Counted from the stretch's first letter, positions 1 through 10,150 are shown. The stretch is 64,000 nt of DNA from an uncultured Pseudomonadota bacterium (GCA_903915625.1 CAIWTN010000088.1:81938-145937), one strand, 5' to 3'. The notes: a model not told the origin generated them from the sequence alone. Program-made: numbers and translations.

Positions 1-182
1 ACATCCTTCATAAAATCTATTATTAAATATTAATAATTCAGTCAATAATTAAATTGATATAATATTAATTCATAATATTCTCTTTAAGAACCATATGAAA
101 TTGATAATTTCTTCAAAAGCGGCCAAAATAGGCAAAGGAAGCCTAGAGGCGCACGCTGATGTATCTGATTTTATGGGATTAA

Positions 183-260
183 ATGGTGGTGAGGGCGAGA
201 CTTGAACTCGCGACCTATGGGTTATGAATCCATCGCTCTAACCAGCTGAGCTACCCCACC
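183..260 (-). tRNA. tRNA with anticodon CAU (elongator Met or lysidine-type Ile2), CCA encoded
   Basis: The reverse complement folds as a cloverleaf: GGTGGGG/TA/GCTC-AGCTGGTTTA-GAGC/G/ATGGA-TTCATAA-CCCAT/AGGTC/GCGAG-TTCAAGT-CTCGC/CCTCACC/A/CCA. It has a 7-bp acceptor stem, a canonical T-loop and the anticodon loop TT-CAT-AA. G1-C72 is paired, so it is not an initiator. Met and Ile2 cannot be separated by eye. Confidence 0.9.
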
Positions 261-349
261 AGGGGAAAGTTCGAGCTAGTTAGTTAAATGGCTAGGGCCG
301 CCCTGTCAATCGAAAGATCGAAAGATCCGCAATACCGAGCAACGGGCGC

Positions 350-3300
350 TTAACTGCGATATGGCGGCAGGGCAATAACCTCGTGGCTGGAGGCAAAATC
401 TGGATACCTACCCAAAGCTTGGGCAAAGGCGATCGTTGCCTCCATATTCGTCAGCAACGAGCATCCAAACTGCACTGCGGCCTGACGAATTTGCGCCCCG
501 TAACTTAGCTCCTGATGATGTAGCGCCTTAGGGACGTTAATCACAAGATCAACCAGGCCCTCTTTGATGACCCGAATGACATCCACCGGACCGCCCTCAG
601 CCCCTTCAGCAGGCCATGCCAGCCTCTCTACAGCAAACCCGTGCTTCTCTAAGTAGTCAGCCGTGCCAGCCGTGGCATACAAAGGCAGCTGCATTTTGGT
701 GAAGAAGCTAGCGCATTCGAGAAACTTTAGCTTCTCGCTTTCCGGCCCTGCAGAGACAAGCACACCTTTTTTCGGTCGACGGCATTTAGCCGCCTCAAGA
801 GAGAGCAATAAAGCCTCGTCAAAAGATCGCCCTATGCAGCCAACTTCACCGGTTGAGGCCATCTCCACGCCAAGAACCGGGTCTGCGCCAGCCAGTCGGG
901 TGAAGCTAAACATCGGCGCCTTAACCCCGACATGCGGCAGATCATCTTCCGGGAAACGCAATAACGCAGGCTTATTCCCGATGATAGAGGCAGTCGCCGC
1001 GTCGGCTAGGTTTAGACCCACCACCTTCGAAACAAAAGGAAAGGAGCGAGCGGCTCGAGCGTTACATTCAATGACTTTGATATGATTTTGGCGGGCTAAG
1101 AATTGAATATTGAAAGGACCGTTGAGATTTAGACCGCGCGCAATCAAGCGCGCAGCCGCGCGAACACGCCGCACCGTCTCCACATACAGCCTCTGCGCAG
1201 GGACCACCATCGTGGCATCACCTGAATGTACCCCAGCGTTCTCAATGTGCTCACTGACCACGGCAGTGAGAATCTCACCGTCCTTGGCAACTCCGTCTAA
1301 CTCAATTTCCCGGGCGCCAAGCAAGAACTCGGAAATCACCACTGGATAATCTGTCGAAATATCGACGGCCAATGCTAGCGACTGAGCCAGAGATTCACTG
1401 TCGAAAGCCACCCTCATAGCGGCACCAGAAAGCACATAACTCGGCCGAATTAAGACGGGAAAGCCGACCTCACTGATAAACTTTTCCACATCCGCTTGGC
1501 TGGTTGCAGCCACCCACCGCGGCTGATCGATCCCCAGCTTGTCGAGAATGGCCGAGAAAAGACTGCGGTTCTCTGCCTTGTCGATGGTTTCTGGACTGTG
1601 TCCAAGCAGGCGTACTCCTGCAGCAGCCAACGGCAATGCCAACTTATTCGGCAATTGCCCGCCCATGCAGGCGATGACTCCAGTCGGTTGCTCGGCCTCG
1701 CAAATGTCGAGGATGCGCTCAAGGGTCATCTCCTCAAAATACAAACGATCCGAACTATTGTAGTCAGTGGATACGGTCTCTGGGTTGCAGTTAATGATGA
1801 CACTGCGCCACCCAGCCTTTTGTAGCTCACGACTACAGCTAACCGCACACCAGTCAAACTCAACGCTCGTGCCAATGCGGTAAGCTCCACTCCCCAGCAC
1901 TACAATGGGTTTCTTACCATCGTCTGGCAACTGGTCACTAAACATGCCGACATAAGACATATAGAGGTAATTGGAAGGTGATGGGTACTCACCCGCAGTG
2001 GTGTCGATCTTCTTGATTAAGGGCACCACTCCCTTTTGTTTGCGCAGTTCACGTACGACTCGAGAGCCAATCTGCACGCGCTTTTCTGACAGTTTTTGCG
2101 TCAGCTTTTCTGAGTTTTCGGTACTTGCTTTTAATGCTAAAGCAGCAATCTGCTCGTCGCCAAATCCAGCACTCTTGAGTCGCCGCCACATCGGCGCATC
2201 GAGCTCGCCAAACACAGCGTTCAGGTAGGCCTGATCGTCACCATGATGGGTCGTTCTTCCTGCTGCCTCAGACACGCGCTGCTCAAGCGTAGTGATTTCG
2301 CGCAAATTAGCGAGAAACCACTTGTCGATGGCAGTCAAAGCATGAATTTTTTCGATATCCCATGAATGACGTAATGCATTCAAAACAGCGTAAAAACGCG
2401 TATCCGTAGGATTTGCCAAAGCTGCCGCGAGTTCTGATTCCGAAGTCTGGCTGAAAGCACTAAGGCCCTCACCATGCTCCGTCACCATCCTGATGGCCTT
2501 CTGAATGGCCTCGGGAAAACTGCGACCGATCGCCATAATCTCGCCGACCGACTTCATGGTCGAGCCAAGTAGCCGCGAGGCACCGCGAAATTTCACCAAG
2601 TCCCAGCGCGGCACCTTGATGGTTACATAATCGAGCGCAGGCTCAAAATAAGCGTAAGTGACACCCGTTACTGGATTGATTAACTCTAGCAGATCATGGC
2701 CGAGCACTACTTTCGCCGCAACGTATGCGATCGGGTAGCCGGAGGCCTTGCTTGCTAAAGCTGAAGATCGCGACAGGCGCGCATTGATCTCGATCACGAA
2801 AAACTGATGACTAAAGGGATCTAATGCATATTGAACGTTACATTCACCAACAATGGCGCAGGCCTCAACAATCTGCTGAGCAGCATTGCGAAGAATCTGA
2901 TACTCATCGTCCGAGAGTGTCTGGCTTGGACATACGACAATGGAATCGCCAGTATGGATACCCAGTGGGTCGAAGTTTTCCATGTTGCAGATAGTGATGA
3001 TATTTCCTTCACCATCGCGCATGACTTCGTATTCGACTTCTTTCCACCCTTTAAGGGACTTCTCAATAAGTACCTGCGGCGAGTTGGCTAAGGCAGGCAC
3101 CACTAAAGATGCCAGTTCTTTTGCATTTGAAGCAAACCCGGAGCCAAGCCCACCCAGAGCATATGCCGCTCTGACGATCACCGGATAACCAATGTCAGCA
3201 GCAGCTTTTTCCGCCGCGACTAGCGTAGTGACCGCCTTACTCGATGGAACAGGCATACCGATCTCGCGCATTTTGTGCGCAAAAAGATCACGGTCTTCCG

Positions 3301-3694
3301 TCATCTTCAATGTGGCGACCGAGGTGCCTAAGTTGAGGACATTATATTTAGCGAGAATATTACGGTCATGCAGCTCGATGAGGCAGTTAAGTGCCGTTTG
3401 GCCGCCAAATCCGGCAACGATCGCATCCGGATGCTCTGCCGCAATCACCTTCTCAACCCAATCAGCTTCCACTGGGTAGAGATATACTTTTACGTTCTTC
3501 TCGGGATTAGTCTGCACCGTGGCGATATTGGGGTTCACCAATATGACTTCGCAGCCTTCTTCCAACAACGCTTTGACAGCCTGCGTTCCCGAGTAATCGA
3601 ATTCACCCGCCTGACCTATAGATAGCCCCCCGGAACCAAGCAATAGGACCTTTGGGGCTCTACCTAGAGTTTTTAACTCTGACCGAATAGGCAT
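350..3694 (-). CDS. carB: carbamoyl-phosphate synthase large subunit
   Basis: 1114-aa ORF. The N-terminus KVLLLGSGGLSIGQAGEFDYSGTQA, two ATP-grasp halves and a C-terminal MGS-like region are typical of CarB. Its ATG shares one base with the carA stop (TAATG at 3692-3696). Confidence 0.97.
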   Translation of the reverse strand: MPIRSELKTLGRAPKVLLLGSGGLSIGQAGEFDYSGTQAVKALLEEGCEVILVNPNIATVQTNPEKNVKVYLYPVEADWVEKVIAAEHPDAIVAGFGGQTALNCLIELHDRNILAKYNVLNLGTSVATLKMTEDRDLFAHKMREIGMPVPSSKAVTTLVAAEKAAADIGYPVIVRAAYALGGLGSGFASNAKELASLVVPALANSPQVLIEKSLKGWKEVEYEVMRDGEGNIITICNMENFDPLGIHTGDSIVVCPSQTLSDDEYQILRNAAQQIVEACAIVGECNVQYALDPFSHQFFVIEINARLSRSSALASKASGYPIAYVAAKVVLGHDLLELINPVTGVTYAYFEPALDYVTIKVPRWDLVKFRGASRLLGSTMKSVGEIMAIGRSFPEAIQKAIRMVTEHGEGLSAFSQTSESELAAALANPTDTRFYAVLNALRHSWDIEKIHALTAIDKWFLANLREITTLEQRVSEAAGRTTHHGDDQAYLNAVFGELDAPMWRRLKSAGFGDEQIAALALKASTENSEKLTQKLSEKRVQIGSRVVRELRKQKGVVPLIKKIDTTAGEYPSPSNYLYMSYVGMFSDQLPDDGKKPIVVLGSGAYRIGTSVEFDWCAVSCSRELQKAGWRSVIINCNPETVSTDYNSSDRLYFEEMTLERILDICEAEQPTGVIACMGGQLPNKLALPLAAAGVRLLGHSPETIDKAENRSLFSAILDKLGIDQPRWVAATSQADVEKFISEVGFPVLIRPSYVLSGAAMRVAFDSESLAQSLALAVDISTDYPVVISEFLLGAREIELDGVAKDGEILTAVVSEHIENAGVHSGDATMVVPAQRLYVETVRRVRAAARLIARGLNLNGPFNIQFLARQNHIKVIECNARAARSFPFVSKVVGLNLADAATASIIGNKPALLRFPEDDLPHVGVKAPMFSFTRLAGADPVLGVEMASTGEVGCIGRSFDEALLLSLEAAKCRRPKKGVLVSAGPESEKLKFLECASFFTKMQLPLYATAGTADYLEKHGFAVERLAWPAEGAEGGPVDVIRVIKEGLVDLVINVPKALHHQELSYGAQIRQAAVQFGCSLLTNMEATIAFAQALGRYPDFASSHEVIALPPYRS

Positions 3695-4833
3695 TAGGTC
3701 ATTACCTCGTTCACAAATTGGTCAAGAATCCAGCCAGTGTCCCGCGGTCCACCGGCAGCCTCTGGATGGAACTGCACACTGCGAAACGGCTTAATTTTGT
3801 GGCGGATGCCCTCTATAGTCTGATCATTGGCATTACGGAACCAGGGTTCCCACGCTTCTGGCAAGCTATGTTCATCGACTACATAGCCGTGATTCTGACT
3901 GGTGATACAACCACGCCGAGTATTTACCTGATAAACAGGCTGATTATGACTGCGATGCCCGTACTGCATGCGCAAAGTCTTTGCACCAGCAGCTAGAGCT
4001 AGAATCTGATGGCCGAGACAAATCCCTAGAATCGGTCTATCGCCTTCGATGAGTTGGGCAACCTGATTGCATAAATTACCCGTGCGTAAAGGATCACCCG
4101 GCCCATTACTGAGCAACCAAGCACTGCAATCGACACTCGCTAGGTCAGTGTCCCAAGGCAGCAACTCCACCTCGCAGCCACGCTCCAACAACTGTCGGAT
4201 GATGTTCCACTTCACACCGCAGTCGACTAAGCCAATCCGCACTTTACCCTTGCCAAGCAGCCGACGCTCTTTGACCGAGACGGCATCAACTATGTCGTGC
4301 TGACTTGGATCGAAAAACCCCTCACTGGCGACGGCTGTCAGCTTTGGTCCGTAGTCACGAGTGCCAGATGATTCCCCAGGGATTACCCTGCCGAGCAAAT
4401 TAGGCGACTGTCTGATCAGATGCACTAAATGACGCGTATCAAGACCTACAATTCCTGGCACCCCTTGCTGGGCCAGCCAAGTATGCAATGACTGAAAGCT
4501 ATTCCAATGAAATGCCTCAGGGCTGTCGATCGCTAAGATGACGGCCGCAGCATTAACGCGGTCGCTTTCGAACCCATGTGGGATCGGCAACTCTAGGGCC
4601 CTTGGCAATGATGGGATCCCGTAGTTACCAATCAGAGGGTAGGTGAAGACAAGAATTTGGCCAAAGTACGAAGGATCCGTCATGGCCTCGCTATAGCCAA
4701 CCATACCTGTCGTAAAAACCATCTGACCACTGGCTCGCAGCGGTGCACCGATCAAATCACCGGTGAATCTCCCACCATCTGATAGCATCAGGGTGCATTG
4801 TTGGCGGTCGTCTTTGGGACCCTTAAAAGACAT
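3694..4833 (-). CDS. carA: carbamoyl-phosphate synthase small (glutamine amidotransferase) subunit
   Basis: 379 aa. The N-domain motif TDPSYFGQILVFTYPLIGNYG and the class-I amidotransferase site GICLGHQILA are present. It lies immediately upstream of carB and is coupled to it. Confidence 0.95.
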   Translation of the reverse strand: MSFKGPKDDRQQCTLMLSDGGRFTGDLIGAPLRASGQMVFTTGMVGYSEAMTDPSYFGQILVFTYPLIGNYGIPSLPRALELPIPHGFESDRVNAAAVILAIDSPEAFHWNSFQSLHTWLAQQGVPGIVGLDTRHLVHLIRQSPNLLGRVIPGESSGTRDYGPKLTAVASEGFFDPSQHDIVDAVSVKERRLLGKGKVRIGLVDCGVKWNIIRQLLERGCEVELLPWDTDLASVDCSAWLLSNGPGDPLRTGNLCNQVAQLIEGDRPILGICLGHQILALAAGAKTLRMQYGHRSHNQPVYQVNTRRGCITSQNHGYVVDEHSLPEAWEPWFRNANDQTIEGIRHKIKPFRSVQFHPEAAGGPRDTGWILDQFVNEVMT

Positions 4834-5057
4834 AGCAGGATGTCCTCACGGTGAGCGGCCAGAGATGGCCCGGTCCTATCTGGATTGGATGCAACTTATA
4901 ATGGCTAAGGCAGCACCGCGCCACAGAAAAAGTGCTTAAGGACAGGCTTAATCTCGATTCATGGTGATAAATAGAGGTTTCGCAGCTTAATTAATTAATT
5001 TATTTAATCGTTGAGACTTAATAACACATTAGAGAGCAACTGCGGTCGAAGACCCGA

Positions 5058-6257
5058 TTGCACTCAAGCGAGGTTCTCATGACAGAGCAAACTCTAATTC
5101 TCTATTCAAAACGCACGGCACTTGGGAAATTAAGCGGTTCTTTGTCCACGGTACCCGCACCAAAGCTAGCTGCTCCGCTGATCAAAGACGCTCTCCAAAG
5201 CACAGGCATCAAGCCAGAAGAAGTTGATGAGATTATTATGGGCTGCGTGCTACCGGCAGGCATCGGCCAAGCACCCGCACGCCAAGCAGCAATCTACGGC
5301 GGACTACCGAAATCCGTCTGCGCGACAACAATAAATCGCGTCTGTGGGTCAGGACTTAAAGCGGTCATGCTGGCAGATCAAGCGATCCGTTCCGGTGATG
5401 CACGAGTCGTATTCGCGGGCGGCATGGAGAGCATGTCGCTGGCACCTCACCTACTCCCTGGCAGTCGCCAAGGCTACAAATTTGGCACCGTGGAATTGCA
5501 AGATCACATGCAGTTTGACGGCCTGTGGGATCCATATGGCAACAAAGCTATGGGTAACTTCGGAGACCTCTGCGCCAAGGACTTTGGTTTCAGCCGGGAA
5601 GCGCAGGATCAATTTGCCACCCAAAGCTATCAGCGCGCGCGCCTGGCCGTCGAGTCTGGGCACTTTGCCCGCGAGATCGTGCCGGTCGAAGTTGTCAGCA
5701 AAAAAGGCAGCATATTTGTCGATAAAGACGAGCAGCCGTTTTCCGTAGACCTGGCAAAACTAACAAGTTTACGCCCAGCTTTTGAACGCGACGGTACCGT
5801 CACTGCTGGCAACGCTTCCTCTATCAATGATGGCGCAGCTCTATGCGTTGTCGCAGCTGAAAGCTTCGTTAAAACGAGTGCTTTGAAGCCAATTGCCCGC
5901 ATAGTCGCTCAGGCCTCTCACGCGCAAGAACCAAGCTGGTTCACAACAGCACCGATCGAATGCATACGCAAGGTGCTGACAAAGGCCAAATTAAAAACCA
6001 CTGATATCGATCTTTTTGAAATCAACGAGGCTTTCGCCGTCGTCACCATGGCAGCGATCAAAGAGCTCGAATTAGACCCATCAAAAGTCAACGTCCACGG
6101 AGGTGCTGTCGCCCTCGGTCACCCGATCGGTGCCAGTGGAGCTCGAGTTTTGGCTACGCTTATCCACGGCCTTAAGGCTGCTGGCAAAAAACGCGGGTTA
6201 TGTACTCTATGTATTGGCGGCGGCGAAGCTAGCGCGATAGTGATCGAATTACTCTAA
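5058..6257 (+). CDS. acetyl-CoA C-acetyltransferase (thiolase II)
   Basis: Active-site Cys context NRVCGSGLKAV, GGMESMS and the C-terminal CIGGGEASA match thiolase II. The track start at 5058 is TTG; the ATG at 5079 (MTEQTL...) is the more likely start. Confidence 0.9.
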   Translation: MHSSEVLMTEQTLILYSKRTALGKLSGSLSTVPAPKLAAPLIKDALQSTGIKPEEVDEIIMGCVLPAGIGQAPARQAAIYGGLPKSVCATTINRVCGSGLKAVMLADQAIRSGDARVVFAGGMESMSLAPHLLPGSRQGYKFGTVELQDHMQFDGLWDPYGNKAMGNFGDLCAKDFGFSREAQDQFATQSYQRARLAVESGHFAREIVPVEVVSKKGSIFVDKDEQPFSVDLAKLTSLRPAFERDGTVTAGNASSINDGAALCVVAAESFVKTSALKPIARIVAQASHAQEPSWFTTAPIECIRKVLTKAKLKTTDIDLFEINEAFAVVTMAAIKELELDPSKVNVHGGAVALGHPIGASGARVLATLIHGLKAAGKKRGLCTLCIGGGEASAIVIELL

Positions 6258-6349
6258 ATATCTATCGCTTTGGCTTCGATTACAAAGTCTGAATGATTGC
6301 ATCCATGAGCGAGTTTCGCACTTGCTCGGTACCTTGTTTGTTGTTAGCG

Positions 6350-6377
6350 GGCAGTTCGGCACCAGAGCCGAATTGCC
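6350..6377. other. stable hairpin between convergent genes
   Basis: GGCAGTTCGGC (6350-6360) pairs with GCCGAATTGCC (6367-6377): 11 bp including one G-U, with loop ACCAGA. No U-tract follows on either strand, so a terminator role is unproven. Confidence 0.4.
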
Positions 6378-6564
6378 GGCTGCGCACTTCCGCAAGGAAA
6401 ATAGAGCAGCAGACCTTGCATGAAAGTACAGGGGAGGCAGCTCCATCGTATTCAGGATGGCGTATACAGACCAAATTCATACAAAACCCCACTACTGTGT
6501 CTCAGTTCAGATTCAGGCAGAAGCAACTACCTAAGCTTTGCAGGAAGCGTGCCGCTCTTCCAAA

Positions 6565-8412
6565 CTAAGACGCCAATGGATTTCTGCTTTCATCACGGTG
6601 ATTTAGCAGCTTCTCCAAGAGCCGCTTAGCGAACCGCCTGTATAAGCGCTGAGCAATTGGAGCATCCCTATCCAATAGTTTTAAAAATGCGGCCCTGTCG
6701 ACAATCCGGACTTCCGAATCCCTTACCGCAACGAAATGGACCGCACTGGGAGTATCAGCAAGCAGCCACAATTCCCCAAATGAGTCAGCCGCTGCCATCT
6801 GATCGATGTAAGCTTCTTTATCGCCAATGCGGCGATAACAGCTCACTGAGCCTTTCAGAATTACATAGATGCCCCGAGGGTCGTCGTTATAATTCAAAAT
6901 CGACTCACCAGCTTTGAACTTTAACGTAAAGCCAATACTCCACAAGGCACTAGTTTGCTCCGAACTAAGCTCCGCGCATAGCGATGCCTTCTGAAACGAA
7001 GATCGACCATCGTCCTCCCGGGCAGCCTCTATCCTGGGAGATAATGCCGCCACTGGTTTAGGAACCTGCACCTGTGATGGGTCAGCGGGAGGCGCTAAAT
7101 TAAGCTGTTGCGGAGGTGCCGCCGGTATAGTCTCGGGTACCTTTAGGGACTCAGGCTTTCCTGTGAAGACGTCTTCTAGACTTCTGCGACCATCTTCCGT
7201 CAAATCAGATAGCGCGAATTCGGCGAGTGCCGGTCTAACATTTATTGGCTGGGGCAGTGCCGAGGTATGGTTTGTATTTGATTTCGGAGTGCCTATTTTT
7301 GGCATCTCCGGCATGACCCGCGATGCATTGCCTTTGCCGGAAACGCCATGTCGCTCATAGCAATACTGGGCTCGCTGCATATCGTTTGCCTTCTCAAAGG
7401 CAACAGCTGCTTTATCAAAGACCAAAAGCTGCTCATAAACATTTCCGGCATAGTTATGGTGGCCCGATGCCACCAGTATCTCCGCGAGTAAATGCGCGCT
7501 CTGATCACGGTAGTTGATCTCGCTCATTACTTGCGGAATTATGTCAGCCTTCACGCTCTTAATTAGCTCAGCGGCCTGCTTACTCATCCCCTGCTCTAAT
7601 TGCTTTACAATGACGCCGACGAGTCGGCCGTGACTCTTAAGTATCTGAGCCAAATTAATATCTGAACGGCCTTCACTCAGATATGCTGCAATCTGCTGCA
7701 ACTCCGAAGTCCGTAAATCGAGTGGTTTAGCATTAGAATTAGAATTCTTTGCCGCAGCGCGCGCGAATGCCTGCATCGCTCTTTGCGATTGTGAGCCCAA
7801 CAAAAAGAATCTCGCGCCACGCAAATTATCGCCTAATTCCTCACAACATTCGGCCGCATCGGTATAACGCTGAGCCTTTTCAAAAAATTCATAGGCCATC
7901 GCCAAATCACCGAATTCGCGAGCACACTTCGCTACCTCGGCTGGCATGTTGGCCATCTTAAAACATTGCGCTGCGTGCTCCCACAGTCCATGTCGAGCAT
8001 AGATTACCCCAGCACGATTATGCCGCTGCATTCGCATAAGCATCTTTGCTGCATCGTGGATAAATCCGTGATCCTCGAGCACCTGGATCGCTTCACGCTG
8101 CATGCTTAATTGTTCAAGTATAGTGGCAGCTGCGGGTACTTTGCCCTGCTCAAGCAACTTTTGAGCTTCGTTATAAAGCTTCCGGCCTAGTCTACTGAGC
8201 TTGCGAGTGTCGCTAGACCTTTGACCATGCGAATCCGAACCCGCCGGAGCCCGCCGACGACCGCGCGACTTCACACCACGGACGTTCGATATTTGCCACA
8301 ACGCAGCAAAAATGCAGGCTACCGCGATAGTGAGCGCAATTGCGATTTTAATTGATACTGGCAACACTAGCTCCCTATGAGGACAGTCAGCCCCATAAGG
8401 CGTATCGGACAA
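6565..8412 (-). CDS. membrane-anchored helical-repeat protein with C-terminal cyclic-nucleotide-binding domain
   Basis: 615 aa. It has one N-terminal TM helix (IKIAIALTIAVACIFAALW), then about 300 aa of TPR-like Ala/Glu-rich repeats and a Pro-rich linker. The C-terminus shows a CAP/cNMP-binding pattern (GESILNYNDDPRGIYVILKGSV...FGELWLL...RDSEV). Confidence 0.6.
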   Translation of the reverse strand: MSDTPYGADCPHRELVLPVSIKIAIALTIAVACIFAALWQISNVRGVKSRGRRRAPAGSDSHGQRSSDTRKLSRLGRKLYNEAQKLLEQGKVPAAATILEQLSMQREAIQVLEDHGFIHDAAKMLMRMQRHNRAGVIYARHGLWEHAAQCFKMANMPAEVAKCAREFGDLAMAYEFFEKAQRYTDAAECCEELGDNLRGARFFLLGSQSQRAMQAFARAAAKNSNSNAKPLDLRTSELQQIAAYLSEGRSDINLAQILKSHGRLVGVIVKQLEQGMSKQAAELIKSVKADIIPQVMSEINYRDQSAHLLAEILVASGHHNYAGNVYEQLLVFDKAAVAFEKANDMQRAQYCYERHGVSGKGNASRVMPEMPKIGTPKSNTNHTSALPQPINVRPALAEFALSDLTEDGRRSLEDVFTGKPESLKVPETIPAAPPQQLNLAPPADPSQVQVPKPVAALSPRIEAAREDDGRSSFQKASLCAELSSEQTSALWSIGFTLKFKAGESILNYNDDPRGIYVILKGSVSCYRRIGDKEAYIDQMAAADSFGELWLLADTPSAVHFVAVRDSEVRIVDRAAFLKLLDRDAPIAQRLYRRFAKRLLEKLLNHRDESRNPLAS

Positions 8413-8463
8413 AATGGTACTACATTGAGAAGCTAATCGAGATTGCTCTCAAACTAACCAGGC

Positions 8464-9129
8464 TTATTTGAGTTGGTAAGTTATACCAACTGTATTCTTT
8501 TTATCCCACATCATCCTCGGCTTATCGTCACCTGGACGCATCGTCACACCAGGAGATGCCTGAATATTTAGCTTCAGAGAAAAGTCGCGATTCAACTTCA
8601 AAACCAAACCTGCACCTAGGCTAACCGAAGGGGGCGTTTGACCTTGGCGCTCCTCAATGAGGCCGTCGTTTACCTGTGTCGAGAATGTGTACTTTTTCAC
8701 TACACCACCGACTGTAATGTAAGGCATGACGACATCGCCTGCCCAGAGTATGAGCGTGAATCCAAATCCTCTTTCGGTAACTACAGATTTATTGATCACG
8801 GCAAAGCAAGAGCCAACAGTTGGACACGTTGGATTCGCCGAATCAGCCAGCGCAGCGCTAGAGATATTCTCTACAGGCTGATAGATAGCAGAGCTACTTA
8901 CCTGCAGGCCATAATTCAAACCGAAGCGAATATATTGACCCAGATCTAAATCGATACCAGCCGAGCCATACTGCATCGTTGTAATTTGCAACGGCACATT
9001 CGTGGTAGATGTCGAAATCGACCCTGTCACTGTAATCGCTGCCAGTGCAGGTTCTGCTAAAATGAAAATCCACGTTACTGCTAGTAGAGAGACGTTGAAC
9101 CACGTACGGATAAGCTTGATGGGCTTCAT
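8464..9129 (-). CDS. putative outer-membrane beta-barrel protein
   Basis: 221 aa. The signal peptide ends ALA|A and the mature part has an alternating hydrophobic pattern rich in Gly/Ser/Thr. No specific family was recognised. Confidence 0.5.
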   Translation of the reverse strand: MKPIKLIRTWFNVSLLAVTWIFILAEPALAAITVTGSISTSTTNVPLQITTMQYGSAGIDLDLGQYIRFGLNYGLQVSSSAIYQPVENISSAALADSANPTCPTVGSCFAVINKSVVTERGFGFTLILWAGDVVMPYITVGGVVKKYTFSTQVNDGLIEERQGQTPPSVSLGAGLVLKLNRDFSLKLNIQASPGVTMRPGDDKPRMMWDKKNTVGITYQLK

Positions 9130-9207
9130 AAGCGTGACTCTTGTGATTTGGCTTGATGGTGGCGGGGGGCTGTCCTGTCGAGGCCGGTTAAGTTATTATA
9201 TCATGAG

Positions 9208-9699
9208 GTGAGACCCGACGACGTAGTTACAAGAGGTATTCCGTTGGAATCTGTATATAGACCATGTGTTCTTGCAGTAATCACCAATCGCGACGGTTTA
9301 GTCCTTGTTGGAGAGCGAATGGAACCGCCAGGATCTTGGCAGTTCCCACAAGGAGGCATCGATAGCGGAGAATCTGCGGAGAGTGCCGTCAAGCGGGAAA
9401 TCCTAGAAGAGATTGGCATGGCGGATTCCGTCATAGTCGGTCGCAGCGAATTGCCGATTAGGTATGACTTCCCGGAGAACCTGAGTGGGCCATTGGCAAA
9501 AAAGTTTAAGGGCCAAGACCAAATCTGGTTTCACCTCAGACTCGTTGCTGGACACGAACCGTCTTTAGCGCGAGCCACTGACAAGGAGTTCCGCGCTTTG
9601 GCATGGGTCACTGTGGCTGAAGCCCTGCGACGCGTTGTACCCTTCAAGTTCGAGGCTTATCGGCATGGGCTGATGGCACTCGGCCTGTTAGCCCAATAG
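9208..9699 (+). CDS. rppH: RNA pyrophosphohydrolase (Nudix hydrolase)
   Basis: The Nudix box is GGIDSGESAESAVKREILEEIG, preceded by WQFPQGG and followed by QDQIWF, as in RppH/NudH. Confidence 0.8.
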   Translation: MRPDDVVTRGIPLESVYRPCVLAVITNRDGLVLVGERMEPPGSWQFPQGGIDSGESAESAVKREILEEIGMADSVIVGRSELPIRYDFPENLSGPLAKKFKGQDQIWFHLRLVAGHEPSLARATDKEFRALAWVTVAEALRRVVPFKFEAYRHGLMALGLLAQ

Positions 9700-9711
9700 A
9701 CGGCCAAAACT

Positions 9712-10143
9712 ATGTCCAAGCTGTCGATTTACAACATGGCATTCGGCTTTTGGTTGCTATTTCTGGCTGCCGCGGCCGGAGCCTTTATAGCTACCGACTT
9801 AACAGCCGGATATGTCGCTGAAAGCGGATTTCGGGAAACCTGGGCGATGATGCTGACTAAAAGCGCACATGGCCATACTAACTTGTTTGCGCTACTCCAC
9901 ATCGCTTTCGGCCTCACGCTTCCGTACTCAACGCTCCCCATAAAATGGAAGATAGCCCAGACCTTCGGCCTGATGTGTGGTTCACTAGCCATGGGACTCG
10001 GACTTCTCATCAGAGCGTCTAAGCCACCTAGCAATGAAACGGACCTTGTGGGAATCTGCATAGGTATACTGCTCTCGGCAGCACTAGCGGCGATCTTCAC
10101 ACACGCAACCGGCCTCACAGCTAAGGCACTGAAACGATCTTGA
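9712..10143 (+). CDS. small integral membrane protein (about 4 TM), unknown function
   Basis: 143 aa with four hydrophobic segments and a conserved-looking SAHGHTNLFALLH motif. It lies 12 nt downstream of rppH. Confidence 0.55.
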   Translation: MSKLSIYNMAFGFWLLFLAAAAGAFIATDLTAGYVAESGFRETWAMMLTKSAHGHTNLFALLHIAFGLTLPYSTLPIKWKIAQTFGLMCGSLAMGLGLLIRASKPPSNETDLVGICIGILLSAALAAIFTHATGLTAKALKRS

Positions 10144-10150
10144 ACAGGAT

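Noticed and set aside
309-327. Tandem ATCGAAAG x2 downstream of carB
   Set aside because: It is only two copies of an 8-mer in a short intergenic spacer. That is too little to call a repeat element or binding-site array.
5344-5902. Alternative-frame and antisense ORFs (134, 70 and 90 aa) inside the thiolase gene
   Set aside because: The thiolase frame carries the clear family motifs along its full length, and the overlapping ORFs have no features of their own. The same reasoning applies to the many short ORFs inside carB, carA, topA, plsB, the helicase RGG tail (24572-25007) and others in the track.
6280-6492. 70-aa Cys-containing ORF downstream of the cNMP-binding gene
   Set aside because: The start is GTG (the internal ATG at 6480 has only a weak GGGG upstream). 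The Cys spacing does not match a known zinc ribbon, and an 11-bp hairpin (6350-6377) lies inside it. I cannot support it as a gene without homology or expression data.
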